64,000 nt of DNA from Methanotrichaceae archaeon (lineage in GTDB: Archaea; Halobacteriota; Methanosarcinia; Methanotrichales; Methanotrichaceae): contig CAVWIG010000021.1 of assembly GCA_963754945.1 (NCBI GenBank), positions 43,010 through 107,009 on the forward strand, read 5' to 3'. This document shows positions 50,067 through 60,220 of this stretch, one piece after another. Below the pieces are notes generated by a model. It did no database searches and was not told the DNA's origin. It worked only from the letters and a program-made list of their open reading frames with translations. The position numbers and the translations under genes were made by a program. Position 1 is the first letter of the stretch, and every line of letters begins with the position of its first letter.

Positions 50067-50795
50067 ATGAAAAATGTTCTTCGACCTACTGGCGCGATGA
50101 TTTTGGTCTCTATCTTTATTTGTCTCTGTTTGATAGAGCAATCGGTGGCAACGCTGCCTGACACAGCCGACCCTCTTAACAGGGTCAAGGAATTTCATTC
50201 AAACTTCATCACCCATGACCAACAATCGATGCCGTCTCTGGTGCCGTCTCAGCTTTCTGATATAGGGGCGCAAGAACCTGGATTGGGAATCTTCCCTCCG
50301 GATTTAATGCCACACGCTTCGCCAGTGAAGCAACATATAGTCATGGACAATTCTCATCCAGAACAACAAGTCCAGGATATGTATGCTATGAATACTAATA
50401 TGCAGAGAGACATTGTTTTCGACGACACTCAGACGGGAGATCCCGTAAAAAAGGGCTTGAAGAACTCTATGGATGTTACGATTAACGGAAATGGACATGG
50501 GCAAACAAAGAGAAACGGTGGGCCAGATGGAAGCTCTGATGATATGGGCATCGAGAATTTAGTGGATAACGCCGTAAGCTCCCAGCAACATGATGGTCCC
50601 GTCTATTCTCAAAGCCAGAGTGGCTCTCCAGGACAACAACGCCTCGGGAACTATATGAACATCGATGTCAGCGGCATAAATGTCCAGGCCACAAATACTG
50701 TGCAGGGTGGTAGTGCAGTGGCTACCTCGAATATAGAAATAAAGCCTGTGCAAATCATTAACTGTCCGCCTGAAGTCGAAGAGAAGCTCAAATAG
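50067..50795 (+). CDS. Secreted hypothetical protein (Q/S/N/D-rich, with a beta-rich C-terminal segment)
   Basis: Signal peptide and C-terminal GNYMNIDVSGINVQATNTVQGGSAVATSNIEIKPVQII. Confidence 0.65.
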   Translation: MKNVLRPTGAMILVSIFICLCLIEQSVATLPDTADPLNRVKEFHSNFITHDQQSMPSLVPSQLSDIGAQEPGLGIFPPDLMPHASPVKQHIVMDNSHPEQQVQDMYAMNTNMQRDIVFDDTQTGDPVKKGLKNSMDVTINGNGHGQTKRNGGPDGSSDDMGIENLVDNAVSSQQHDGPVYSQSQSGSPGQQRLGNYMNIDVSGINVQATNTVQGGSAVATSNIEIKPVQIINCPPEVEEKLK

Positions 50796-51066
50796 CGACG
50801 GGGGTAATTCTACATATAAAATCATATCACAATATCCTCACTATCGGGGTAGTCGGCATTGCCCCTAGCTCTCTCTTGCCACCCAGAAGCTTGGAAACCA
50901 GCTATCCCCACTTTTCCCAATCTGTCCCGGGTGTCGTGGTCAAAATTCTTAACCCATCAACTCTCCTACAACTCCCAAATAATCGGGAGTACTAGTACTA
51001 ATCAAACACATGTGACGCTGGATTTGTGCCAATTTCAATTTCTCGAAAAGGGATGACGAATAAATA

Positions 51067-51750
51067 TTACTTCACGCCGTAGAATCCAGCCTGCATACAG
51101 GAGTACCAGAGCAGCTCGACAGCGTAAAATCCTATTCCCCTCAGCAAAGAGAGATGTTCTTCGACCGTTATGGGGAAGAACATGGTATCAAATCGCCTGA
51201 TATGGTTCTCGACTGTTTCCAGATCCCTACCCTTCGAAAGCTGAAAACTTTTCCAGCTCCGTTTTCCTATCTCGATCCCTATTTCTGTAATTGGCCTGAT
51301 ATTCTCGAAGGTTACATAGGTGCCACCTTGATTAAGTAGGTCATAACATACCTTTGTGACCTTGTTCCTATCTTCTCTTGATAGATAATGATGTGATTGG
51401 ATAGCCGTAATTACATCGGGCCTTCCAATGATCTCCGGGGACAGGTCTTGGGTCGAATTGGGCATCAAGAAGGTTACTCTATCTGACCCGGATAGCTTCT
51501 TTCTTGCCCCTTCCAGCATCTCGGCAGACGGATCAGCCAGTACGAACTTGGTATCAGGAAAATGTTTCAATGCCCTCTCGACAAACGTGCCTGTCCCGCA
51601 GCCTGTATCCAGCCAAATGGCAGGCTCTGCGTTCATAGCTTTAATTAAGTTGATCGTCTCTTGATGAAACGAATCATAATAGGGCAGAATACTGCGAATC
51701 TCTTCGTCGTAGTTGGGAAAAAGCATGTACTTGCGTTCTTTTCCAGACAT
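51067..51750 (-). CDS. Class I SAM-dependent methyltransferase (CmoA-like)
   Basis: YDEEIRSILPYY, WLDTGCGTG, ADPSAEML and HHYL. Confidence 0.85.
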   Translation of the reverse strand: MSGKERKYMLFPNYDEEIRSILPYYDSFHQETINLIKAMNAEPAIWLDTGCGTGTFVERALKHFPDTKFVLADPSAEMLEGARKKLSGSDRVTFLMPNSTQDLSPEIIGRPDVITAIQSHHYLSREDRNKVTKVCYDLLNQGGTYVTFENIRPITEIGIEIGKRSWKSFQLSKGRDLETVENHIRRFDTMFFPITVEEHLSLLRGIGFYAVELLWYSCMQAGFYGVK

Positions 51751-51882
51751 TTATATTCTCGTATATTCATCCAGATACTCATACTACTGCGCTCTATTAG
51801 ATAGAAGACCTAATGAACAGATAGAATCAGATGCATAACCTTCGAGTACGAAAAAGGTGAAACTAAAGAGGCAATCTAATTC

Positions 51883-52407
51883 ATGAAGCGGTATCTAGCC
51901 CTAGTCTCGGTTCTGGTATTGACTCTGATTCTTCCTACGTTTGCCGAGATGGAAAGCCAAAAATGTGGGCCATATTTGGTCACGTTCAACCAGACCACAA
52001 TTGGGAAAATGAACTTTTCCGAGCTGAAGCCGGTATATTACAATAACAATGTCTTATACGGTCTACGTCTAAGCAACCGAAATGGGAATGGGTGTGGATT
52101 GATCGGGATCTGCACATTCTATCAGCCTGCTCCACCATACATCAGCCTTGATAACCTTGCATCATTTGACGAAGCCTCTTATAAAAACATGACTTACAGC
52201 CGTATAACAAGAAATCAAAGAACAATTGATGGTCATTTAGGCTTTGTGGTCACAGGCGTCGATTTATTGGGGCATCTAAACTGGATCGCTGGTTACTGGA
52301 TTGCTAACGGCAATACGGAGGTCGAAGTGCAAGGCAATCGTGACTGGAAAATGAAAGATGTCTCAGCTATGTTGGAGTCGATCCATATTAAGCGGGTGGG
52401 ATTTTGA
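51883..52407 (+). CDS. Secreted hypothetical protein
   Basis: Signal peptide, GPYLVTF, RTIDGH.G and MLESIHI. Confidence 0.65.
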   Translation: MKRYLALVSVLVLTLILPTFAEMESQKCGPYLVTFNQTTIGKMNFSELKPVYYNNNVLYGLRLSNRNGNGCGLIGICTFYQPAPPYISLDNLASFDEASYKNMTYSRITRNQRTIDGHLGFVVTGVDLLGHLNWIAGYWIANGNTEVEVQGNRDWKMKDVSAMLESIHIKRVGF

Positions 52408-52589
52408 GCACCAATAAGATTGATATTTGCACAACATCCAGAGCACAGATTAGTCAGATTGATCCTGATGAAAACGCCTCCAGGGTGGTCTGGCTATTCT
52501 GCGCTCTCGAACATGCTTCGGATAGCCCTAGGGCCTTAACATTAAATGGACCAGCTCCTATCACTTTCAAAGCCAAGCATAGACAATAA

Positions 52590-52652
52590 TAAAAGGGATG
52601 GCCGGGTCAGTCATGAAGGGAGTATGGGGTAAGACCGTCTCCCGGCCCAGTC
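52590..52652 (-). ncRNA. Candidate small RNA hairpin with CU-rich loop
   Basis: On the minus strand: GGCCGGG-aga-CGGTC-[TTACCCCATACTCCCTTCAT]-GACTG-a-CCCGGCC followed by a T-run, with a TTTTAA element ~25 nt upstream. Confidence 0.35.
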
Positions 52653-52706
52653 TATTCATTTATAGTAGTAGTTAAAAAGGATCACCCGCGCGTTGCGCAA
52701 GTGATT

Positions 52707-52928
52707 TCAAGGGGCCTTCTTCAAATCTTCTTTCATCTGAATATATTGCTCTCTGGTAAGCTCTCCCTTTGCGTATCTTTCAGACAGAATATCCTCTGCG
52801 CTTCTGATAACGGGCCTGATTGTTGCAAGGATCTTCTCACTCTTGATCAGCTTGCAAATAAGATAGCCGCTACTATTACGATTATCGGCCAAAATAGGCT
52901 CATTCCAATTCCCATAAGGGGATAACAA
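52707..52928 (-). pseudogene. SHOCT-domain small membrane protein, probably degenerate at the 5' end
   Basis: C-terminal AEDILSERYAKGELTREQYIQMKEDL is a SHOCT signature. Confidence 0.6.
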
Positions 52929-53141
52929 TGAAACAAATGGTATTTGTCCTCTTGTTCTAATTATCGACTTTTAGTGAACCTATACTATACTCGGCATTCA
53001 ATGTATTGCAGATGTAGGCCTGCAGAGCCAACCCTGCCAGTAATAAGGTACCTGTCACTGCGAAAGAGGACAACAGAATTACGAGGGGTGCCAATCCGAA
53101 TCGGGTTCTTAAAGGTTTCTAGGCGCGTCAACCTCTGGGGC

Positions 53142-54293
53142 TCATTTGCAATCACCTTCAAAGTAGGCGGAGACCTTCTTGAGGTGTTCTCGAATAGGGA
53201 TGCCCTGCGGACACTTTTCCTCACAATCCCCGCACTCCTGACATTGGGATGCAAATCCAGGGCTTCCGGTTAGCATGCCTCCCATGACGATATTGTAATT
53301 GACGCTTGCAACGTCAGGGGCATCGAACATGCAACCCTGGTTATACATTTCAAAACACTCTGGAATGCCAACATTGGATGGACACGGCATGCAGTATCTA
53401 CAACCTGTACAGGGGACTTTGATGCGCTTCTTGTACTCGATCTCCGCTTCTCTAAATAGGCCTAATTCCTCTTGCGATAGCGAGTTAGGAAGACCACTCT
53501 CTGCATAGGCAACGTTCTGCCGTACCTGTTCAAAGGAAGACATGCCGGATAGAACGACAGTTACCTCGGGATGGTTCCAGACCCATCTCAATGCCCATTC
53601 TGAAAGGTTTCTCTGGACAGAAGCCTTTCTCCATATCTGGTTGATGGATGGAATGTCCTTGGTGAGCATTCCGCCTCTTAGAGGCTCCATGACTACAATT
53701 CCTAAGCCACGGTCCGCTGCATATTTGAGTCCATCTGACCCTGCTTGATTCTGCTCATCCATGAAGTTGTATTGAATCTGACAGAACGTCCAATCGTAAG
53801 AATCTACAATCTCCTTAAATAATGCTAATTCATCATGAAACGAGAATCCGGCATAACTGATTCGCCTATCGGCTATTGCGTCATCCAGGAAGTCAGTAAC
53901 ACCCAATTTACGGAGATTCTCCCAGAATGGTTTCATGAGTCCATGAACCAAGTAGAAATCGATATGATCGGTTTGTAGCCGCTTGAGCTGCTCATCTAGG
54001 TAGCGATCCATATCGGCACGTGATTTGATGAGCCAGCTTGGAAGCTTTGTAGCCAAGTTCACCTTCTCGCGATATCCTCCCTTCAAAGCTCTACCGAGGA
54101 AAGGCTCGCTCTCTCCATTGTGGTAAGGATAGGCGGTATCAACGTAATTCACGCCGTGGTCGATGGCATATCTGATCATCTCGGTAGCCTGTTTTTCGTC
54201 GATGCTTTCGTTCTTTATAACAGGCAATCGCATGCATCCGAATCCAAGAATAGAGAGATCGAACGCCACATTATTCATCCTTCTATAGAGCAT
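53142..54293 (-). CDS. Aldo/keto reductase with C-terminal 4Fe-4S dicluster domain
   Basis: LGFGCMRLP, DTAYPYH, LATKLP, MEPLRGG, CTGCRYCMPCP and CQECGDCEEKCP. Confidence 0.93.
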   Translation of the reverse strand: MLYRRMNNVAFDLSILGFGCMRLPVIKNESIDEKQATEMIRYAIDHGVNYVDTAYPYHNGESEPFLGRALKGGYREKVNLATKLPSWLIKSRADMDRYLDEQLKRLQTDHIDFYLVHGLMKPFWENLRKLGVTDFLDDAIADRRISYAGFSFHDELALFKEIVDSYDWTFCQIQYNFMDEQNQAGSDGLKYAADRGLGIVVMEPLRGGMLTKDIPSINQIWRKASVQRNLSEWALRWVWNHPEVTVVLSGMSSFEQVRQNVAYAESGLPNSLSQEELGLFREAEIEYKKRIKVPCTGCRYCMPCPSNVGIPECFEMYNQGCMFDAPDVASVNYNIVMGGMLTGSPGFASQCQECGDCEEKCPQGIPIREHLKKVSAYFEGDCK

Positions 54294-54413
54294 AATCTCA
54301 CCCTAGTGTTTTACTCAATCCTCTGATCGCATATGCCTTATTCATTTCGATCTTCTAAATACGGATCTATCAACTGACCTAAGCTCCTCGAATTCTCGCG
54401 ATTCTCTTCCCGT

Positions 54414-54854
54414 TCATCGGTTATATCTTGTCCATTTAGCGCATCCACCGCTAGCACCACTGTCCAGGCAACATACGAGTATAACCATCGAATTCAGTAG
54501 ATTGAAAGTTGGCAGCCTTATAAAATTTGGTGCCATTTTCTGCTGTATTCTCACCAAAATAGCAAGGTCCATTGAATCCAACGTACGCGAAATTAGCTTC
54601 CCTACAAAATATTGATGCAATGAAATCTGCTTCACCGTAAAAGATAGATTGCTCAAAACGTAACCAAATTATTAAAGTGAAAACCAGAGAAGTTGGTATT
54701 TCCTGGAACATGCAACGATTAAGCCTTGCTTCCTTAAATCTAGTTCCCGTGAACGAGGCTTGTCTGCTAAAAATTGCTCCTTCACAATCGACGGACACGA
54801 CTCCGGCGGAGGACCGAATCCAGTGGACATAAGGACCTTTTCTAAACGCGGCAC
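54414..54854 (-). pseudogene. Pentapeptide-repeat protein remnant
   Basis: A-x-F-x-x-x-x-F periodicity (AIFSRQASFTGTRF, ADFIASIF, ANFQSTEF) spread across broken frames. Confidence 0.55.
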
Positions 54855-54951
54855 AAGTAAATGTATCGAAAATTCACTATTCCTCCAAGACCATCTAATC
54901 AGTAACTTTAATATGTTTTAGCATCTTTCGTTAGGTCGTATCCTTAAATAT

Positions 54952-55710
54952 ATGGGAGGGAAACCAACGACTAAATTATTGATCTTTTTGGCTGTTCTGA
55001 CAATTGCTCTTGTGGGGATAGCAGGAGCTGCCAACTACATGTACGAGAAGGCATCAGTGAAAGGCGTCGGATACAAGAATGTAGAGATGATCGTTTCGAC
55101 CCAGGAAGGTTTTAATGGAGACAAACTGGTCGAGAAAGAGTCCGGGTCAGGTAACGTAATAACCGAGAAGACTGAACTTGAAGCCGACAAAGAGCTTGAT
55201 GAGAATGGAGTTTTCCTTGATCCAGGGTGTTGGCTTAAGTTGGGTTTAGCTCCGGAGAAGGACTATATCAACTTCACCAAGCAAGCCGAGTTCGAGTACA
55301 TGCCAGTGAGCTACCAGACCGGCACCTACGACCAGAAGTGGATCGAGAAGTTGTGTGTCCAGAATTATATAATAGGGACTGTGTTGACTGAAATGTATAC
55401 TCATGCAGAGCACCTGCAGAAGAACACCGAGGTCAAAACGAGAAATTATGAAATAGTCGACCCACAGGATTTTGGGGCTAGACCCTGCTGCACAGGAGTC
55501 CTCGAAGCCAACCTCAACTCGAACGTGATCGGCGTTGCTCATATCGGATGGATCTCCAGGGAACCCAATGTAAACGTCAAGGGACGCCACAACGAGTGGG
55601 GCCGGAGCGTTGAGGACCTGACAGGTGTCTTCTCCATCGAGAAGTTCATCCAGCTTTGGGGCAACAGCACTTGCGGCGCCATCAGCGTTGACTGGCTGCC
55701 TTGTGTGTAA
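54952..55710 (+). CDS. Secreted Cys-containing beta-rich protein (candidate Methanothrix sheath/MspA-like protein)
   Basis: Signal peptide ending AGA, six Cys, TATA-like TTTAATA upstream and T-rich 3' end. The family assignment is inference only. Confidence 0.5.
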   Translation: MGGKPTTKLLIFLAVLTIALVGIAGAANYMYEKASVKGVGYKNVEMIVSTQEGFNGDKLVEKESGSGNVITEKTELEADKELDENGVFLDPGCWLKLGLAPEKDYINFTKQAEFEYMPVSYQTGTYDQKWIEKLCVQNYIIGTVLTEMYTHAEHLQKNTEVKTRNYEIVDPQDFGARPCCTGVLEANLNSNVIGVAHIGWISREPNVNVKGRHNEWGRSVEDLTGVFSIEKFIQLWGNSTCGAISVDWLPCV

Positions 55711-56172
55711 GCGGATGCATTCCACCTCTTTTTTGTTTGCACCTTAATCTATGTTCTATGTTATTTCACATGAGACGACCTAACATATCGAATTCACTAT
55801 TCAAGTACGGGCTGATTTGTTTTAGCTGTTCTCCCTTGCCCAAGAATAATGTTGGATTCGAAGGAATCGCGGATTTCCACTCGTCACGTCTGGGGATATA
55901 ATTTGGATCTAATCACAGCAGGAGGATCTAGTGCTGTTATTCCCGGCTTGTAAGAGCATTGTTGCGCAGCCCATGAGCGATTATCGCAGAGCATAGGTAG
56001 ATGTAGGATTACTCGACAACCATATATCGCAGCTTTCTCAGAAACATGAATACCAGCAGTAAAGAACCTTATTTTATATTCAATTATTATGTTAATAGTT
56101 TGATATCAAATGACATAAAGCTTTTTCCTGTAGCACGAAAATTATATATCAACAACCGATTGCAGCATCTGT

Positions 56173-57030
56173 GTGAATGGGAATACAGCGGCGAGAAATA
56201 AGCTAGTAACTCTCACTATTGGAGGATCAGACTCCGGCGGAGGAGCCGGAATCCAGGCGGACATAAAAACCTTCTCCGTCTTGGGCGTGCACGGCACATC
56301 GGCCATAACTGCCATCACCGCCCAGAACACCGTTGGCGTCCAGCATGTATTCGGCCTGGAGCCTGAGGTCGTGACAGCCCAGCTCCGCTCCATCACGAAC
56401 GATTTTCACGTTGCTTATGCAAAGACAGGAATGCTCTACTCGGCTGAGATCGTCTCGGCTGTTGCAAAACATATAGTTGAGACACGAATACCTCTTGTAG
56501 TCGACCCTGTGATTGAGGCGGAAGCGGGAGGCAGGCTGCTGCGGCCTGACGCGGTTGCGGCTCTTATGAAGAGCTTGCTTCCTCTCGCCAGTGTTGTGAC
56601 CCCCAACATCTTCGAAGCCAGGGCAATTGCTGGCATAGAAGTGAAAGATGTTGACAGCGCACAGATTGCAGCCCGCAGGATCGCAGACCTTGGAGCAAGA
56701 GCAGTTATTATCAAAGGAGGGCACCTGGACTGCACAGATCTCGTACTCGAAAACAGAAAGGTCCATCTGCTTAAAGGCGAACGGGTGACAGGAGGCAACC
56801 ATGGGGTGGGGTGCACATATTCCGCATCTTTAACTGCATTTCTCGCTATTGGCCTGCCCCTCATGGAGGCTGCGGCCAAAGCCAAGCAATTCGCGGCCCA
56901 GGCCATCTCCTGGAGCATGGACGTTGGCCGTGGAGTCGGACCCGTGGACCAGGCTGGCAATCTCAGGGATGAAGCCAGCAAGTTCGAGGCGCTGTTGAAA
57001 GAAAAAGGCTGCCGAGCTCCTTGTGATTGA
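56173..57030 (+). CDS. thiD: Hydroxymethylpyrimidine/phosphomethylpyrimidine kinase (no full ThiN domain)
   Basis: [45 protein letters not shown] and HGVGC. Confidence 0.92.
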   Translation: MNGNTAARNKLVTLTIGGSDSGGGAGIQADIKTFSVLGVHGTSAITAITAQNTVGVQHVFGLEPEVVTAQLRSITNDFHVAYAKTGMLYSAEIVSAVAKHIVETRIPLVVDPVIEAEAGGRLLRPDAVAALMKSLLPLASVVTPNIFEARAIAGIEVKDVDSAQIAARRIADLGARAVIIKGGHLDCTDLVLENRKVHLLKGERVTGGNHGVGCTYSASLTAFLAIGLPLMEAAAKAKQFAAQAISWSMDVGRGVGPVDQAGNLRDEASKFEALLKEKGCRAPCD

Positions 57031-57176
57031 AACTATCATTAGCTGGTAACACAGACCGACGGCCTCTTGAAGTCGATCGGGCAAAATGGAACATCGATGG
57101 TTCATCGATCTGATGGCAAGATATAAATCGAAGGCTGATGCAAGACCAAAGGATCGCCATATATGGAGTGTTGATT

Positions 57177-57407
57177 ATGGGTAGCGTAAAGCCTAGTTAC
57201 ATAAAGAATTTCGCAATGGACCTGCTGAAGGCCTACGAGAGCTCTTTCAGCCCCGACTTTGAGCAGAACAAGCTGATTGTATCAGAGTACACTGACATAA
57301 AGAACAAGAACATTCGCAACCGCGTAGCCGGATACATATCTCGGGTTCTGAGGCAGAGAGGAGAACGCAGAAGGGCCGGGATCGGGGTCGAGGCTGATGT
57401 CATTTGA
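57177..57407 (+). CDS. rps17e: 30S ribosomal protein S17e
   Basis: MGSVKPSYIK...F..DFEQNK..V......K.IRNRVAGYI. Confidence 0.93.
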   Translation: MGSVKPSYIKNFAMDLLKAYESSFSPDFEQNKLIVSEYTDIKNKNIRNRVAGYISRVLRQRGERRRAGIGVEADVI

Positions 57408-58275
57408 AGGCGTCCTGCCTGCAATAATCACGCCGTTCAAAGAAGACTACAGCCTTGACGAGGAGGGATTGAGGAGAAACATCGAGTTTCTTGACGAGTC
57501 GGGCATTGTTGGAATAGTCCCCTGCGGTACCACTGGCGAGTCAGCCACTCTGACCCACGAGGAGCATAAACGCGTCGTCGAGATTGCAGTGGACTGCTCA
57601 AAGGTGCCTGTTATCGCAGGCACAGGGTCGAATAACACCGCGGAGGCCATAGAGCTGACCAAGCACGCAGCAGATACTGGCGCTGCGGCGGCCCTGCTGA
57701 TAACGCCCTACTACAACAGACCCAACGACCGGGGCATGTTTGAGCATTTTCGCCTCATCGCCGAAAAATGCGATATTCCAATTATCATCTATAATATTCC
57801 AAAGAGGACAGGCATTGACCTCAAGCCGGATCTCATGGCAAGGCTTGCCCGGGTGAAGAACATCGCCGGTGTAAAGGAGGCCAGCGGCAGCCTTTCTCAG
57901 GTCTCCCAGATCATCGAGCTTACCCGAGGGACTGGCTTTTTCGTTCTATCTGGAGACGACGACCTGACCCTGCCAATAATGTCCTTGGGAGGATCGGGAG
58001 TAGTTTCGGTGGTCGCCAACGTGGCTCCAAGAAAGACCGTCGAGATGGTCAGCGCCATGGCTAGCGGAGACCTTACAAAGGCCAGAAGGCTTCACTATGA
58101 GCTGGCACCTCTGGTCAGGTCCATGTTCCTGGAGACCAATCCCATACCAGTAAAGACTGCCTACAGGTTCATGGGACTTGCAGCCGGCCCCCTGCGCCTT
58201 CCCCTGGCGTCGATGGCTCCAGAGAAGGAGAAAGTCCTGAAGGACTGGATCGACAAGCTGGGCGAGTTCAAATGA
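57397..58275 (+). CDS. dapA: 4-hydroxy-tetrahydrodipicolinate synthase
   Basis: AIITPF, CGTTGES, GTGSN, TPYYNRP, YNIPKRTG, VKEASG, LSGDD and ETNPIPVK. Confidence 0.96.
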   Translation: MSFEGVLPAIITPFKEDYSLDEEGLRRNIEFLDESGIVGIVPCGTTGESATLTHEEHKRVVEIAVDCSKVPVIAGTGSNNTAEAIELTKHAADTGAAAALLITPYYNRPNDRGMFEHFRLIAEKCDIPIIIYNIPKRTGIDLKPDLMARLARVKNIAGVKEASGSLSQVSQIIELTRGTGFFVLSGDDDLTLPIMSLGGSGVVSVVANVAPRKTVEMVSAMASGDLTKARRLHYELAPLVRSMFLETNPIPVKTAYRFMGLAAGPLRLPLASMAPEKEKVLKDWIDKLGEFK

Positions 58276-59036
58276 TCAGGGTAGCTGTTACCGGTGCACT
58301 TGGACGGATGGGTAGCCTGGTAATCGAGGAGATAAAGAAGTCTGGGGACATGGAGCTAGTGGCTGGCTTCGACATCCAGGGTGAAGGTTTGCCGCTGTTA
58401 GGAGACGTACGTGTCTCCGAAGCGTCCGCCCTGAAAAAAGTGCTGATTCTTACCAAGCCCGATGTGCTGATCGACTTCACATCCGCTTCTGCCGCTGTGG
58501 GAACTGTGATCAACGCAGCCGGGATGGGCGTTAATCTGGTAGTGGGAACCACCGGCTTTTCAGAAGGACAACTCGGTCAAATGAAGGGTGCCATAGATGG
58601 TCATGCCGCTGCTGTTATCTCTCCCAACTTCAGCATAGGTGTGAATGTTTTCTGGAAGCTTTTGGCCGAAGCGGCCACTGCCTTGAAGGATTACGACATT
58701 GAGGTGATAGAGGCTCACCACAACCAGAAGAAGGACGCGCCCAGTGGAACCGCTCTGGCCGCCGTCGATGTCCTGAAGAATGCTACAGGCATCGAACAGG
58801 TCGTTAACGGCAGGAAAGGGATGGCCCTGCGGGGAAAGGAGATAGGAGTTCACGCCGTTAGAGCTGGAGACATTGTCGGAGATCACACAGTCCTCTTCGC
58901 TGGACCAGGAGAACGGTTAGAGATCAAGCACCAAGCCCACAGCAGGTCGGCTTTTGCAAGCGGTGCGGTAAGGGCCGCCAGATGGGTGGTCGAGGCCAAT
59001 CCGGGCGTGTACAGTATGTCGGATGTCCTGGAATAG
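58272..59036 (+). CDS. dapB: 4-hydroxy-tetrahydrodipicolinate reductase
   Basis: GALGRMG, IDFT, VGTTG, PNFSIG, EAHHNQKKDAPSGTA and R.GDIVGDH. Confidence 0.96.
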   Translation: MIRVAVTGALGRMGSLVIEEIKKSGDMELVAGFDIQGEGLPLLGDVRVSEASALKKVLILTKPDVLIDFTSASAAVGTVINAAGMGVNLVVGTTGFSEGQLGQMKGAIDGHAAAVISPNFSIGVNVFWKLLAEAATALKDYDIEVIEAHHNQKKDAPSGTALAAVDVLKNATGIEQVVNGRKGMALRGKEIGVHAVRAGDIVGDHTVLFAGPGERLEIKHQAHSRSAFASGAVRAARWVVEANPGVYSMSDVLE

Positions 59037-59071
59037 ATACAGCTAAGAAAGCCCAAAAAACCAGGAGGGAG

Positions 59072-59497
59072 ATGAACAGGCTAGAGCAGGGAAGCTTTGC
59101 TCTTTTTTTTGATGGGAAAAGGCTACAGCCGGTATCCTTGGAGAAGAACGTTGTCGGGTTCTGCTCCAAATGCGATGACGATCTGGTGAGCATTGCCTAT
59201 CATCGATCCGACAAAGGCTGGCTGGTTTCGGCTCAATGTCATAACCAACACCTTGTGCTACTTCTTTACAGCAGCGACTGGAACTGGCTGGGAGATCAGG
59301 AGCTCGAAAGTTCCCCAGAATTCAAGAGCATATCCTCTCTGCCAAGAGAGCAGCTTGAAGCGGTCTTTACCCCGGCAGAGGTGAGGACTCTGGAGGCATG
59401 CGAGCAAAACAAGCCATACACAAGGCAGAACCTCTACCGCGCCAGGGCGAAATACGAGAAGTTCGAGAAACTTTTCGGGGTGAAAATTAAGCTCTAG
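59072..59497 (+). CDS. Hypothetical protein with CxxC...C..H zinc-binding region and helical C-terminus
   Basis: GGAGG RBS, CSKC...CHNQH and EQLEAVFTPAE...RQNLYRAR. Confidence 0.7.
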   Translation: MNRLEQGSFALFFDGKRLQPVSLEKNVVGFCSKCDDDLVSIAYHRSDKGWLVSAQCHNQHLVLLLYSSDWNWLGDQELESSPEFKSISSLPREQLEAVFTPAEVRTLEACEQNKPYTRQNLYRARAKYEKFEKLFGVKIKL

Positions 59498-60220
59498 CAC
59501 GCTGGAAGGGAGGCATCAACGCCTCTCGCGTCATATATCTCATCTGTTTCCGCTGTGCCTGATTTCTTGAAAATATCTAGCTTGATAGCCGGTAGCCACT
59601 GATGTAAAATGTACTATTCAACTGTGATTGTAGTCTGAGGCAGAGGAACCACCATCAGTGTGGTCGCATTGGAGGAAGAACAACTGCTTCCACTCGTATA
59701 CTGGTACGTCAGAACGTGGTCCCCAGGTCCAGCGACTGCAGGACTGAAGATATTTCCTGAAACACCATCTCCGAACCAGGTTCCGCCTCCGGGGGAACCG
59801 ACTAAAGTGATATTACTGCCGCTAACACACGCTGGTCCGTAGGTGCCTGGGACAACAACGGGTTGAGAAGAGATTGTAACATAAGCAGTCTTGGTATTCG
59901 ATCCGCAAGCTGAGGTAACAGTCAATTTGACGATATAGGTTCCCACGTTAGAATATATGTGAGCCGGAGGATTCTGGCCGCTGTAGGTGGTGAAGTCCCC
60001 GAAGTTCCAGCTCCAACCTGTTATGGTTTGACCGTTCCCGTTAGATGTATCTGCAAAAGTCACAGTCAAGGGGGAACAGCCGCTGTTTGGCGTAGCTGTG
60101 AAGTTGGCTGTGGGAGGACTGTACACTGTAATGTAACCGGTCTTGGTCATAGTGTTCGTTCCGCAGGATGTGGTCGTCGTCAGCTTTACCGTGTAAGTGC
60201 CTGGGGTGGAATAAATATAA

